Shown one piece after another: positions 8,335 to 17,030 of a stretch of DNA of 64,000 nt (the first letter of the stretch is position 1; every line of letters starts with the position of its first letter). This stretch comes from Candidatus Kaiserbacteria bacterium CG10_big_fil_rev_8_21_14_0_10_47_16. GTDB taxonomy: Bacteria; Patescibacteriota; Minisyncoccia; Phycocordibacterales; UBA918. Made by a program: the position numbers and the translations under genes. The DNA lies in the NCBI GenBank assembly GCA_002773395.1, contig PFBI01000006.1:335860-399859 (forward strand), written 5' to 3'. The notes under the pieces are model-generated. The model did no database searches. It was not told where the DNA came from and saw nothing but the letters and a program-made list of their open reading frames with translations.

Positions 8335-8784
8335 ATGCAACTTCACGAACTAAAACCAACGACTGCACGCAAGGTCGCAAAGCGTATTGGTCGCGGCGGC
8401 AAGCGCGGAAAGACCAGTGGCCGTGGTATGAAAGGCCAGAAGGCACGTGCTGGAAACAGTATGCGTCCAGAAATGCGTGACATCATCAAGAAGCTTCCAA
8501 AGCTTCGTGGTCATGGAAAGAATCGCGCGAAGACAGTGAACGCGGAACGACCAATTGCAATGCCGGTAAATATTGCGGCACTTGCACTCGCGTTTCCAAA
8601 GGGTGGTGAAGTATCACCAAAGAGTCTCGTTGGAGCAGGAGTTATCCGATCACAGCGCGGAAAAGCGCCGCTGGTGAAAATCCTCGGTAACGGCGAGATT
8701 ACTCAAAAAATCACGGTGACTGGATGTAGTGTTTCTGCATCAGCACGTGAGAAGATTGAAAAGGCTGGAGGGACTATCGTGTAA
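8335..8784 (+). CDS. rplO: 50S ribosomal protein L15
   Basis: MQLHELKP...KRIGRGGKRGKTSGRG, typical of L15. It directly follows rpsE with no rpmD (L30) ORF between them. Confidence 0.9.
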   Translation: MQLHELKPTTARKVAKRIGRGGKRGKTSGRGMKGQKARAGNSMRPEMRDIIKKLPKLRGHGKNRAKTVNAERPIAMPVNIAALALAFPKGGEVSPKSLVGAGVIRSQRGKAPLVKILGNGEITQKITVTGCSVSASAREKIEKAGGTIV

Positions 8785-8793
8785 ATGGAGAGT

Positions 8794-8814
8794 GCCCGCG
8801 CCTACGGCGCGGGC
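8794..8814 (+). promoter_or_regulatory. Perfect 9-bp stem / 3-nt loop hairpin (GCCCGCGCC-TAC-GGCGCGGGC) between rplO and secY
   Basis: Read directly. It has a weak downstream U-tract and is a possible attenuator or processing structure. Confidence 0.3.
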
Positions 8815-8865
8815 ATACTTCTTTACCATCCTTTTTGCTATACTAGACGAACTATCCGTATTTGA

Positions 8866-10158
8866 TTGGCCACTAACCCTAAAACGATGGACACATTTAT
8901 TCAGAAGATGAAAATCATATTCACCGATTCTGCGATTCGTAATCGTATCTTGTTTGTACTTGGAGCACTCATCGTGTTCCGTGCACTTGCAACCATCCCG
9001 ATTCCAGGCGTTGATGTTGTCGTTCTTGAGCAATTCTTTTCAAACAACGAATTCCTCGGGCTTCTCAACATCTTCTCTGGAGGTGGTCTCTCAAACCTCT
9101 CAATCGTACTCCTCGGTGTAGGACCATTCATTACTGCATCAATCATCATGCAGCTTCTTACGGTGATGTCACCGAAGTTGAAGACGCTCTACACAGAAGA
9201 AGGGGAGAGCGGGCGACAGAAGTTTACACAGATCACACGCACACTCACACTTCCACTTGCGATTCTTCAGGCGTTCGGCTTCCTCTCACTTCTTAAGAGT
9301 CAGGGAGTCCTCCTTGATATTGGAACATTCGGTTTCTTCGCAAACATCGTTGTGGTCGTTGCCGGTTCAATGCTCTTACTCTGGCTCGGTGAACTCATTA
9401 CTGAGTACGGTATCGGAAACGGTGTCTCAATCATTATCTTCGCTGGTATTATTGGTGGTCTTCCTGCAACGTTTGGACAGCTGTTCTTTACCTTCAACGC
9501 GGCACAGATCCCACTCTACATTGGCTTTGGTGCGGCAGCGCTTCTGATCATCTACTTGGTAGTAGTTATGACACAAGCAGAACGACAAGTGCCGATCACG
9601 TACGCAAAGACCGTTCGTGGAGGGAGTGCATACGGAGGCACTACAACCTACCTTCCGCTCCGACTCAATCAAGCGGGAGTTATCCCAATCATCTTTGCGC
9701 TTTCTATCTTGCTGTTTCCGCAAATGATTCTCAACGTGCTCTCTGCGTTCGATATTCCCGGTGTCGGTGTCCTTCTCGCGAAGGTGAGTGCGTTCTACGC
9801 ACATCAGATTTGGTACGCAGTTGCATACTTTGCATTCGTATTCCTCTTCACATTCTTCTACACTGCGGTAACGTTCGACCCTGACGCGGTCTCTAAGAAC
9901 TTGCAGCGACAAGGATCGTTTATCCCCGGTATTCGTCCCGGAAGTCACACCTCTGCATACCTTGGAAGTGTCATCACACGCATCACGTTTGTCGGTGCGC
10001 TCTTCCTCGGAGTGGTTGCGATTCTTCCAGTCGGAATGCAGGCACTAACTGGTGTCACTGCACTCGCAATCGGTGGTACTGCACTCCTCATTGCGGTGTC
10101 GGTAGTCATCGACATCGTACGTCGCGTTGATTCACAAGTGTCCCTTCGCGAATACTAA
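8866..10158 (+). CDS. secY: Preprotein translocase subunit SecY
   Basis: 10-TM SecY with canonical N-terminal and plug regions. Operon position after rplO. Confidence 0.95.
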   Translation: MATNPKTMDTFIQKMKIIFTDSAIRNRILFVLGALIVFRALATIPIPGVDVVVLEQFFSNNEFLGLLNIFSGGGLSNLSIVLLGVGPFITASIIMQLLTVMSPKLKTLYTEEGESGRQKFTQITRTLTLPLAILQAFGFLSLLKSQGVLLDIGTFGFFANIVVVVAGSMLLLWLGELITEYGIGNGVSIIIFAGIIGGLPATFGQLFFTFNAAQIPLYIGFGAAALLIIYLVVVMTQAERQVPITYAKTVRGGSAYGGTTTYLPLRLNQAGVIPIIFALSILLFPQMILNVLSAFDIPGVGVLLAKVSAFYAHQIWYAVAYFAFVFLFTFFYTAVTFDPDAVSKNLQRQGSFIPGIRPGSHTSAYLGSVITRITFVGALFLGVVAILPVGMQALTGVTALAIGGTALLIAVSVVIDIVRRVDSQVSLREY

Positions 10159-10175
10159 TCACTTTGCACTAAATC

Positions 10176-10212
10176 AAAAGGCCGACAGTTTCACTGTCGG
10201 CCTTTTGATTTG
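10176..10212 (+). terminator. Rho-independent terminator after secY (GGCCGACAG-TTTCA-CTGTCGGCC + TTTTGATTT)
   Basis: 9-bp GC-rich stem followed by a U-tract. Confidence 0.7.
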
Positions 10213-10222
10213 AATCTTCCAT

Positions 10223-10372
10223 GTGCGTCAGGTTTCTAATTCACCACAAGGGTACTTCTTGTTTTCTAATTCGTTACCTCATAAGAAAACAAAGTCGCGC
10301 TGCGCTCATAAGAACCTCCTGCCCAGGCTCGCGGTTTCGGCATTAGGGATAGCCGAAACATCGCTCCGCCTC
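10223..10372 (+). repeat. Intergenic repeat family copy A, with core hairpin TTTCGGC-CATTAGGGATAG-GCCGAAA at about 10335-10358
   Basis: Shares its 5' block (GTGCGTCAGGT..CTAATTC.CCACAAGGG), the CTCGCGG block, the hairpin core and ACATCGCTCCGCCTC tail with copies at 16641-16810, 62977-63101 and 63952-64000 (reverse). Confidence 0.5.
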
Positions 10373-10408
10373 TGAAACACGACATAATCTTCCGCAGGGA
10401 AGATTATG

Positions 10409-10984
10409 CTATTCGTCTTTCAGCCACTTCTTGTATCCCGCAACAACCGCATCAGTAATCGCTTCTGGGTCACTCTCTTCAGTATTCACTACAAGGTCAT
10501 ATTGCGATCCATCATACGGATTAAGTCCGTAGTGTTCTTTGTATCTGCTGCGGTGGTTCTCAATACGGGCAAGTGTTCGTTCTTTTGTCGCCTCGAGTGT
10601 TTCCATAATGTCACCACTCTCAACACGAAGCTTCGCCCCCGTGTCATTGAAAATACGTCGCGTCGCTTCATCAAGAGAAATGTCGAAGTAGACTTTAAAT
10701 GAGCTTGGGACAAAATGAAACGCGAGATGCGAGTCAACGATGATATTGTTTTCCTCAGCCTCAATGCGTTCGAGTTCAGCATCGATGCGCATTTCAAGCG
10801 CTTTGTCTTTTGCAACAATTTCATTCATCTCTTGCAGCGTGATACCGCGCTCCTTCGCAAGATGGCGTGTAAAATTTCCTGTTGAAAATGTTTTGTACCC
10901 CAACTGTGTTGCGAGCATTTCTCGAATCGTTGATTTGCCACTTCCGGGCATCCCTCCGAGGGTAATGATTGTTCGTTTCGGCAT
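10409..10984 (-). CDS. P-loop nucleoside-monophosphate kinase, (d)CMP kinase-like
   Basis: Walker A GMPGSGKST and small size, resembling archaeal-type cytidylate kinase. It lies convergent between secY and adk. Confidence 0.6.
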   Translation of the reverse strand: MPKRTIITLGGMPGSGKSTIREMLATQLGYKTFSTGNFTRHLAKERGITLQEMNEIVAKDKALEMRIDAELERIEAEENNIIVDSHLAFHFVPSSFKVYFDISLDEATRRIFNDTGAKLRVESGDIMETLEATKERTLARIENHRSRYKEHYGLNPYDGSQYDLVVNTEESDPEAITDAVVAGYKKWLKDE

Positions 10985-11058
10985 AATGAAGATACGATAC
11001 CATATTTTCCAGCGTCTGCCGAAAAGGTTTATTTTAATGAAGATTCTGGTAGACTGGG

Positions 11059-11670
11059 GTGGTCATGCAAGCACGCACTATCATATTTATCGGGCCGCAA
11101 GGGAGCGGGAAGGGCACCCAGATTGCCCAGCTCAAAGCGATCATTGAAAAGCTTGATCCGCGGCGACGTGTCGTGGATATCCAGACCGGACGACGGTTCC
11201 GCGCTCTCGCAGCAAAGCAGGAGACCTTCGCGGAGAACAAGATTGCGGATACGCTCAATAACGGTCGTTTGCAGCCGGATTTCCTCACCGCTATTCTGTG
11301 GGGGCAGGCAATGGTTGACCAGCTCGACCCAAAGAGCCATCTTCTCATTGATGGATTCCCACGTAACCTCGACCAGGCACACGAGCTTGAGAGCGCACTC
11401 ACATTTTTTGAACGAGAGACACTCGACATTATCAACCTCGATACTCCAGAAGAAGTCGTCCGCACGCGCATGGAAGAACGTGCCCGAGAAGACGACACTC
11501 CGGAGTCTATCGAAGAACGCCTGCGATGGTTTCGCGAAGAAACCCTCCCTGTTGTGGAATATTACCGAGCACGAGAAAACACAACAGTACACGACATCGA
11601 CGGCACCTCGACCATCGATGAAGTGCACCACGCAGTCGTCAAAACACTTTCCCTAGAACAACACTCATAA
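11059..11670 (+). CDS. adk: Adenylate kinase
   Basis: GPQGSGKGTQ P-loop and LID/NMP-binding layout. Confidence 0.9.
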   Translation: MVMQARTIIFIGPQGSGKGTQIAQLKAIIEKLDPRRRVVDIQTGRRFRALAAKQETFAENKIADTLNNGRLQPDFLTAILWGQAMVDQLDPKSHLLIDGFPRNLDQAHELESALTFFERETLDIINLDTPEEVVRTRMEERAREDDTPESIEERLRWFREETLPVVEYYRARENTTVHDIDGTSTIDEVHHAVVKTLSLEQHS

Positions 11671-12443
11671 TGGCAACAAAGAAAACACCTGCAGAAATCA
11701 AACTCCTTACCAAAGGTGGTTCTATTCTTGCACGCATACTTCGTGAACTCGCTGCAACACTAAAGCCCGGAATGAGTACTGAAGATATTAACGACCTCGC
11801 ACTTGAGCTCGCTGAGAAATACGGGGTGGAACCCGTTCTCCTTGGATACCATCCAACATTTGCTGATCATCCATATCCCGGAGCGCTCTGCGTTTCAGTC
11901 AATGATACGGTGCAACACGGTGTTCCACGAGCTGATGAAATTCTTGCCGAAGGAGATATTGTAAACCTCGACATGTCGATTGGTTACGAAGGAATGATTG
12001 TTGACTCAGGTATTACCGTCGGCGTTGGAGCCATTGATGCTGAGTCGCAGAAGCTCATCGATGTCACACGCGAAGCACTCGTACTCGGTATCAAACAAGC
12101 ACAACCGGGAAATCGTATTGGTGACATCTCACACGCGATTCAAACGTATGTGGAAGCACACGGATTTTCAATCGTTGAAGAACTCTGCGGACACGGTGTT
12201 GGGTATGCAGTACACGAAGATCCACAAATTCCAAACTATGGAAAAGCAGGGAAGGGACCGAAGATTGAAGTGGGACACGTGTACGCAATTGAACCAATTG
12301 TAAATATTGGAAAGAAGGATGTTATCTTCGACGATGATGGTGACGGATACAGTGTATTCACCACTGATGGATCTCGCGCGGCACACTTTGAACATACAGT
12401 CGCTATTACGGAGAAGGGGCCTGTGATCATGACCAAGGAGTAA
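11670..12443 (+). CDS. map: Methionine aminopeptidase type I
   Basis: Pita-bread-fold metal ligands (D, D, H, E, E pattern). The conserved secY-adk-map order is kept. Confidence 0.9.
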   Translation: MATKKTPAEIKLLTKGGSILARILRELAATLKPGMSTEDINDLALELAEKYGVEPVLLGYHPTFADHPYPGALCVSVNDTVQHGVPRADEILAEGDIVNLDMSIGYEGMIVDSGITVGVGAIDAESQKLIDVTREALVLGIKQAQPGNRIGDISHAIQTYVEAHGFSIVEELCGHGVGYAVHEDPQIPNYGKAGKGPKIEVGHVYAIEPIVNIGKKDVIFDDDGDGYSVFTTDGSRAAHFEHTVAITEKGPVIMTKE

Positions 12444-12655
12444 CCATCTCTAAAAATTGGTATCTCCATTGTCGTGCTACAAAAAATAAATCTCACCGTA
12501 CCATTACGTACGCCTCGTTTTATTTTTCTCGCACTTCGCGGATATCCTCAATTTTGAGCGATGCTTAGATGAGACCGTTTTTCCTTGTTATTTCAAGCCG
12601 TTCTGCTATACTGCGCGCATAATTTTGGAGGTAATTTATACATTTTTTAGTTATT

Positions 12656-13261
12656 ATGAATCGAAAACCACATCAGGAACGAACGTTCGTCATCCTCAAG
12701 CCCGACACCGTACAACGCGGTCTCGTAGGAGAAGTTATTAAACGTTTTGAACGCACCGGACTCAAGTTCACTGCCATGAAAATGTTTGTGCCCACAGAAG
12801 CACAGCTCCAAATTCACTACAACAAGGACGAGGAGTGGTTCTTGAAAAAGGGTAATCGTATTATTGAAGATCTAACAGCGCACAATCTTCCCGTTGATAA
12901 AGAACCTATCGAGTACGGTCGCGATATCATCCGAACCATTGTTTCATACATGACTGCAGCTCCTGTTATTGGGGTAGTTCTCGAAGGAAATCAAGCAGTT
13001 GGTGTTGTAACAAAGCTTGTAGGAACAACAGAACCGTCGTCATCAGATGTTGGAACGATCCGCGGTGACTACACTGTCGATTCATATGGTCATTCATCAT
13101 TTGAAAACCGTGCAGTGCGAAACCTCATCCATTGTTCAGAGTCTCCAGAGGAAGCAGAGCGCGAAATTGCACTTTGGTTCACTGAGAACGAAGTTATGGA
13201 CTACGTGACAGCGCAAGAACGCATCATGTACGACGTAAACTTTGACGGGAAGCCTGAGTAA
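12656..13261 (+). CDS. ndk: Nucleoside diphosphate kinase (long form with insertions)
   Basis: ERTFVILKPD N-terminus and an NLIHCSES active-site His region. Confidence 0.8.
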   Translation: MNRKPHQERTFVILKPDTVQRGLVGEVIKRFERTGLKFTAMKMFVPTEAQLQIHYNKDEEWFLKKGNRIIEDLTAHNLPVDKEPIEYGRDIIRTIVSYMTAAPVIGVVLEGNQAVGVVTKLVGTTEPSSSDVGTIRGDYTVDSYGHSSFENRAVRNLIHCSESPEEAEREIALWFTENEVMDYVTAQERIMYDVNFDGKPE

Positions 13262-13280
13262 TCAAACGAGCGTGTAAGCC

Positions 13281-13316
13281 AAAAATTGCAGTGTCTTCCG
13301 ACACTGCAATTTTTTG
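13281..13316 (+). terminator. Rho-independent terminator after ndk (TTGCAGTGTC-TTCC-GACACTGCAA + T7)
   Basis: 10-bp stem followed by a U-tract. Confidence 0.65.
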
Positions 13317-13549
13317 ATATACTGTATCTGGAACCGCATATCGTATGTTCCGGTTACATTTGCAACGGGCTGCCTGCAATCGCAAGGAGTAATGAGAATC
13401 AAAGCGATTTTCAGACACGAATTGGAAAGGGTGCCCACCTAGAGCTTACACCTAGGAGCATGCGTTTGTGGTTCCACAATAGGTCGTAGGGTGACGCGTT
13501 GCCCTGCGTTTTTTTGTACCTGAAGAGCGTGGTACACTATTTTCATCAT

Positions 13550-13930
13550 ATGCGCCCACTTACTTTTTTACTTCTCACCAGTGCTTCGATACTGGCTGTA
13601 TCACACTTTTTTGCGCTGCACTTCTATCTGTACTGGATTTATCTTTGGCTTGATATACCAATGCACATACTTGGGGGAGTCACCGTTGCGCTCGTATTTT
13701 TTGTCATTGATGACTATGCTATTCCATACGTTCCACGCGTCCGTCGATTTCTTCCATTTATTCTTGCCGTCTTTGCAGTGGGACTGCTCTGGGAATACTT
13801 TGAGGTATGGGCCGGTGTCGCTACACAGCCTAACTACTGGCAGGACACGATTGGAGACCTCGTCATGGACCTCGTTGGAGGAAGCATCGGATACATCGTC
13901 GCCACCCGCATACGAACATTAGAGGTATAA
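13550..13930 (+). CDS. Hypothetical polytopic membrane protein (possibly VanZ-like)
   Basis: Four hydrophobic helices. The track ORF starts at 13499; the likely start is the internal Met at 13550. Confidence 0.45.
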   Translation: MRPLTFLLLTSASILAVSHFFALHFYLYWIYLWLDIPMHILGGVTVALVFFVIDDYAIPYVPRVRRFLPFILAVFAVGLLWEYFEVWAGVATQPNYWQDTIGDLVMDLVGGSIGYIVATRIRTLEV

Positions 13931-13937
13931 AATTTAT

Positions 13938-15296
13938 ATGGCATCACTTGGTTTTTATGGGGGAGTCGGACAGGTAACGGGGGCAAACTTTCTTCTTAAT
14001 ACTGACGGGGCACAATTTCTTATCGACTGCGGTCTCATACAGGGAAGTCGATTTGCTGCGGCCGAAAATTGCGAGGCATTTGCATACAGTCCAAAAGATA
14101 TTGACGCTCTTTTTATAACGCACGCACACGCCGACCACATTGGTCGCATTCCAAAACTCGTTGCTGATGGATTCACCGGAAAGATTTATACGACTGACGC
14201 AACAAAAGATCTTGCGGCCGTCATGCTTCGTGACGCGTACACGGTGATGACATACGAGGCTGATAGATACGGGTCACCGCGGTGCTACGAGATGAAAGAT
14301 GTCACCGCAGCAATCGCACTCTTTAGTGGCGTTTCGTATAACGAACCGATCGCACTAAAAGATGATGTGACGGCGGTCTTCACGAACGCTGGTCACATCC
14401 TCGGTTCTGCGTTTGTAACGTTCACCCGCAAAGGGCGATCATGCGTATTCTCTGGTGACATTGGGAACGTCCCACAACCTCTCCTCGATGCACCAACGAT
14501 TCCGACCGGATACAATTACCTCGTTATGGAGAGTGTGTATGGAGATCGACTCCACGAACAAGTAGCAGAACGAAACGATCTCTTAAAACACTACATTGTC
14601 GAGACACAGAAGAAAGGCGGCACACTCATCATTCCCGCATTCTCTCTCGAACGTACGCAAGGAATGCTTTTTGAAATTAATAACTTTGTTGAAAAAGGTG
14701 AAATCAAACCGCTTCCGGTATTCCTCGATTCACCACTTGCGATTAATGTCACCGGACTCTACCGAACGCACACCGACTACATGAAAAAGGCGGTGCAGGA
14801 ACAGATCAAAGGCGGAGATGATATCTTTGCATTCGATGGACTCTCATTCACGCACACCGTAAAGGACTCCGAGGAAATCAAACGTGAGAAGGGAGCAAAA
14901 ATTATTATCGCCGGAAGTGGCATGAGTCATGGCGGACGCATTCTTGGACACGAGCGACACTTCCTCGAAGACAAGAAAACAACACTCCTTCTTGTGGGGT
15001 ACCAATCAGTCGGGACACTCGGGCGACTCCTGAATGACGGTGCAAAGCGTGTAAAGATTGATGGGGAAGACGTACGGGTACGGGCGCAGATTGCACGCAT
15101 CTCTGGCTACTCAGGTCATGCTGACCGTGACCAACTGATCGACTTTGTAGCGCAAGGTGGAGAAAACGTCGAGAAAGTATTTGTCACTATGGGAGAAGAA
15201 CGTGCATCACTCTTTCTTGTCCAACGCCTTCGTGAGTACTTAGATGCCCCCGCAGTGATACCGAGTCTGGGGGATGTAGTACCAATTAACTTCTAA
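13938..15296 (+). CDS. MBL-fold metallo-hydrolase with a beta-CASP domain (RNase J/CPSF-like RNA-metabolising nuclease)
   Basis: HAHADH motif and a beta-CASP layout over about 450 aa. Confidence 0.75.
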   Translation: MASLGFYGGVGQVTGANFLLNTDGAQFLIDCGLIQGSRFAAAENCEAFAYSPKDIDALFITHAHADHIGRIPKLVADGFTGKIYTTDATKDLAAVMLRDAYTVMTYEADRYGSPRCYEMKDVTAAIALFSGVSYNEPIALKDDVTAVFTNAGHILGSAFVTFTRKGRSCVFSGDIGNVPQPLLDAPTIPTGYNYLVMESVYGDRLHEQVAERNDLLKHYIVETQKKGGTLIIPAFSLERTQGMLFEINNFVEKGEIKPLPVFLDSPLAINVTGLYRTHTDYMKKAVQEQIKGGDDIFAFDGLSFTHTVKDSEEIKREKGAKIIIAGSGMSHGGRILGHERHFLEDKKTTLLLVGYQSVGTLGRLLNDGAKRVKIDGEDVRVRAQIARISGYSGHADRDQLIDFVAQGGENVEKVFVTMGEERASLFLVQRLREYLDAPAVIPSLGDVVPINF

Positions 15297-15333
15297 TACA
15301 AAAAGCCCGTGACGGAGTCACGGGCTTTTTGTA
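15297..15333. terminator. Bidirectional terminator (AGCCCGTGAC-GGA-GTCACGGGCT flanked by A- and T-runs) between the convergent MBL nuclease gene and rplT
   Basis: Perfect 10-bp stem with AAAA upstream and TTTTT downstream. Confidence 0.65.
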
Positions 15334-15343
15334 TGAGTGTTCT

Positions 15344-15688
15344 TTACTTAACCTTTGCAAGGATGCGTTCGAACGCTTCTGGGCGTTGATCCGCAATTGC
15401 TGCAAGCATCTTTCGATTGAGTGCAACTTCTTGTGCGGCAAGTGTCTTGATGAAAAGACTGTACTTGAGTCCGTGCGCGCGGAGTGCTGCACTGAGGCGA
15501 ACAATCCAAAGCTGACGGAATACGTTCTTTTTATCTTTACGGTGAGCAAACGCATGCGACTGTGCATGGTAGATTGCTTCGCGTGCAGCTCGCTTCTTGG
15601 TAGAGCGTGCGTGACGATATCCTTTTGTTTCTTCGAGGATGTTTTTGCGGCGGCGATTGGCGACCACTCCTCCTTTTACTCGTGACAT
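15344..15688 (-). CDS. rplT: 50S ribosomal protein L20
   Basis: L20 family sequence (RVKGGVVANRRRKNILEETKGYRHARS...). Confidence 0.9.
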   Translation of the reverse strand: MSRVKGGVVANRRRKNILEETKGYRHARSTKKRAAREAIYHAQSHAFAHRKDKKNVFRQLWIVRLSAALRAHGLKYSLFIKTLAAQEVALNRKMLAAIADQRPEAFERILAKVK

Positions 15689-15732
15689 AGTGCGTTATTA
15701 TTCAATCAAATGTGTAACTTCAAATAGTGCTT

Positions 15733-15924
15733 TTACGCGCCACTCTTTGGAAGAAAACGACGAGTAATCCTCTTTGAGAGTGAAATGTTTTGTGTACGCT
15801 TTCGTGCAAGGTGCTTCGAACCTGATTCTTTTGCATTAAAGTGGTTTTGCCCAGCCTTACGTGCAATAATCTTGCCGTTCTTTGTTACCTTGAGACGTTT
15901 GGTATATGACTTGTTTGTTTTCAT
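15733..15924 (-). CDS. rpmI: 50S ribosomal protein L35
   Basis: 63 aa basic protein MKTNKSYTKRLKVTKNGKIIARK..., positioned between infC and rplT. Confidence 0.9.
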   Translation of the reverse strand: MKTNKSYTKRLKVTKNGKIIARKAGQNHFNAKESGSKHLARKRTQNISLSKRITRRFLPKSGA

Positions 15925-15927
15925 AAA

Positions 15928-16488
15928 CTATTCCTTAGAATTTTCTGTTGGTTGTGTTGGTTCTGCTTTTTGTTTACCAACTCTCTCGAGTGTGGTGGTG
16001 AATCCTTTCGGACTTCGTTTGATCTCGTCAGCAATCTTGTACTCAGCGGGGACTAATTTCAAGAATCGCTCGAGTCGTTCTTTAAGGAAGCCTTCTTCCA
16101 TGTACTTGTAGCGTCCCCAGAGGAAGAGGTCGATTTTAACTCGATGTCCTTCTTCGAGCCACGCGGCCACTCGCTTTGCTTTGAGTGTTAAGTCATGGTC
16201 ACCAGTACCGATTTTTACCTGTATCCCCTTGGTTTCGGTAACGTGTGACTTGGCCTTTACTTCCTTCGCTCTTTTCTTCTGTTCGTACTGGTACTTACCG
16301 TAGTCCATTATCTTCGCAACGGGAGGCTTGGCGTTGGGAGAAATTTCGATAAGATCGAGATTTGCTTCTTCAGCCATTGCGAGTGCGTCGGATGTAGAGA
16401 TAACCCCAACATTCTCGCCGGCCGCGCCAATGACGCGCAGCTCCGATGCTCTGATTGCTTTGTTAATACGGATTCGTGTGTCTTTCAA
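15928..16488 (-). CDS. infC: Translation initiation factor IF-3 (non-AUG start: TTG at 16486-16488 or the in-frame ATC just upstream)
   Basis: IF3 N- and C-domains, at the head of the infC-rpmI-rplT operon. There is an in-frame stop 6 codons upstream and no ATG available. Confidence 0.9.
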   Translation of the reverse strand: MKDTRIRINKAIRASELRVIGAAGENVGVISTSDALAMAEEANLDLIEISPNAKPPVAKIMDYGKYQYEQKKRAKEVKAKSHVTETKGIQVKIGTGDHDLTLKAKRVAAWLEEGHRVKIDLFLWGRYKYMEEGFLKERLERFLKLVPAEYKIADEIKRSPKGFTTTLERVGKQKAEPTQPTENSKE

Positions 16489-16599
16489 GATGAAAAGCCT
16501 TATTTAAAGAGAGCCCGAGCGAACTCAAGCTCTCTGGAATACAGCGCAAATATACTATATATGTGGCGGAAAGGCAAGGGTGGGGGGGCTTCGTGCAGG

Positions 16600-16631
16600 C
16601 TCTAGAATTAACTCTAGAGTTAATTCTAGAG
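16600..16631. repeat. Perfect 32-nt palindrome CTCTAGAATTAACTCTAGAGTTAATTCTAGAG about 110 nt upstream of infC, followed by TATTTTT
   Basis: Read directly; it is self-complementary over all 32 nt. Confidence 0.5.
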
Positions 16632-16640
16632 AGTATTTTT

Positions 16641-16810
16641 GTGGCGTCAGGTCACTAATTCGCCACAAGGGACTCGGCGCAACTCACTAACTATTTTGTG
16701 GTCACAAGTTACTAAGCAAAATACGAAGCTACGCTTGTATTTTACTAAGTACTCGCGACCCCGGCTCGCCGTCTCGGCATTAGAAATAGCCGAGACATGG
16801 CTGCGCCTTG
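16641..16810 (+). repeat. Intergenic repeat family copy B, with core hairpin TCTCGGC-CATTAGAAATAG-GCCGAGA at about 16772-16795
   Basis: See copy A. Its stem differs from A by a compensatory pair (T-A to C-G). Confidence 0.5.
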
Positions 16811-16849
16811 CACAGCAGCCGGAAGCAAAGCCTTTTGCTTCCTATACGA

Positions 16850-16890
16850 AAAGCCCTCGGTTTTAAAACCGAGGGCTTTTCGTATGCTGC
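16850..16890. terminator. Bidirectional palindromic terminator (AAAAGCCCTCGGTTTTAAAACCGAGGGCTTTT) next to tRNA-Arg
   Basis: Perfect palindrome with A- and T-runs on both sides. Confidence 0.55.
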
Positions 16891-16892
16891 TG

Positions 16893-16964
16893 TGCACCCG
16901 CCAGGACTCGAACCCAGAATAACTGATCCGAAGTCAGTTGTGATATCCATTTCACTACGGGTGC
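16893..16964 (-). tRNA. tRNA-Arg (anticodon UCG)
   Basis: Reverse complement folds as acceptor GCACCCG/CGGGTGC, anticodon stem ACTGA/TCAGT, loop CTTCGGA giving TCG, T-arm GGGTTCGAGTCCTGG, discriminator A. Confidence 0.75.
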
Positions 16965-17030
16965 GTGTGTCGACTATAATACGCGCCGAATAGCGAAATT
17001 GCAACGAATATCTGCTAGAATGCAGGGACA

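Noticed and set aside
11029-11656. ORFs 11029-11631 (-), 11034-11498 (-) and 11123-11656 (+)
   Set aside because: All overlap adk, which has a clear P-loop and conserved context. They are alternative-frame artefacts.
16489-16640. Possibility that the tandem or palindromic repeats here or elsewhere are CRISPR arrays
   Set aside because: No array of regularly spaced identical direct repeats with unique spacers is present anywhere in the window. The repeats seen are palindromes, hairpins or dispersed family copies.
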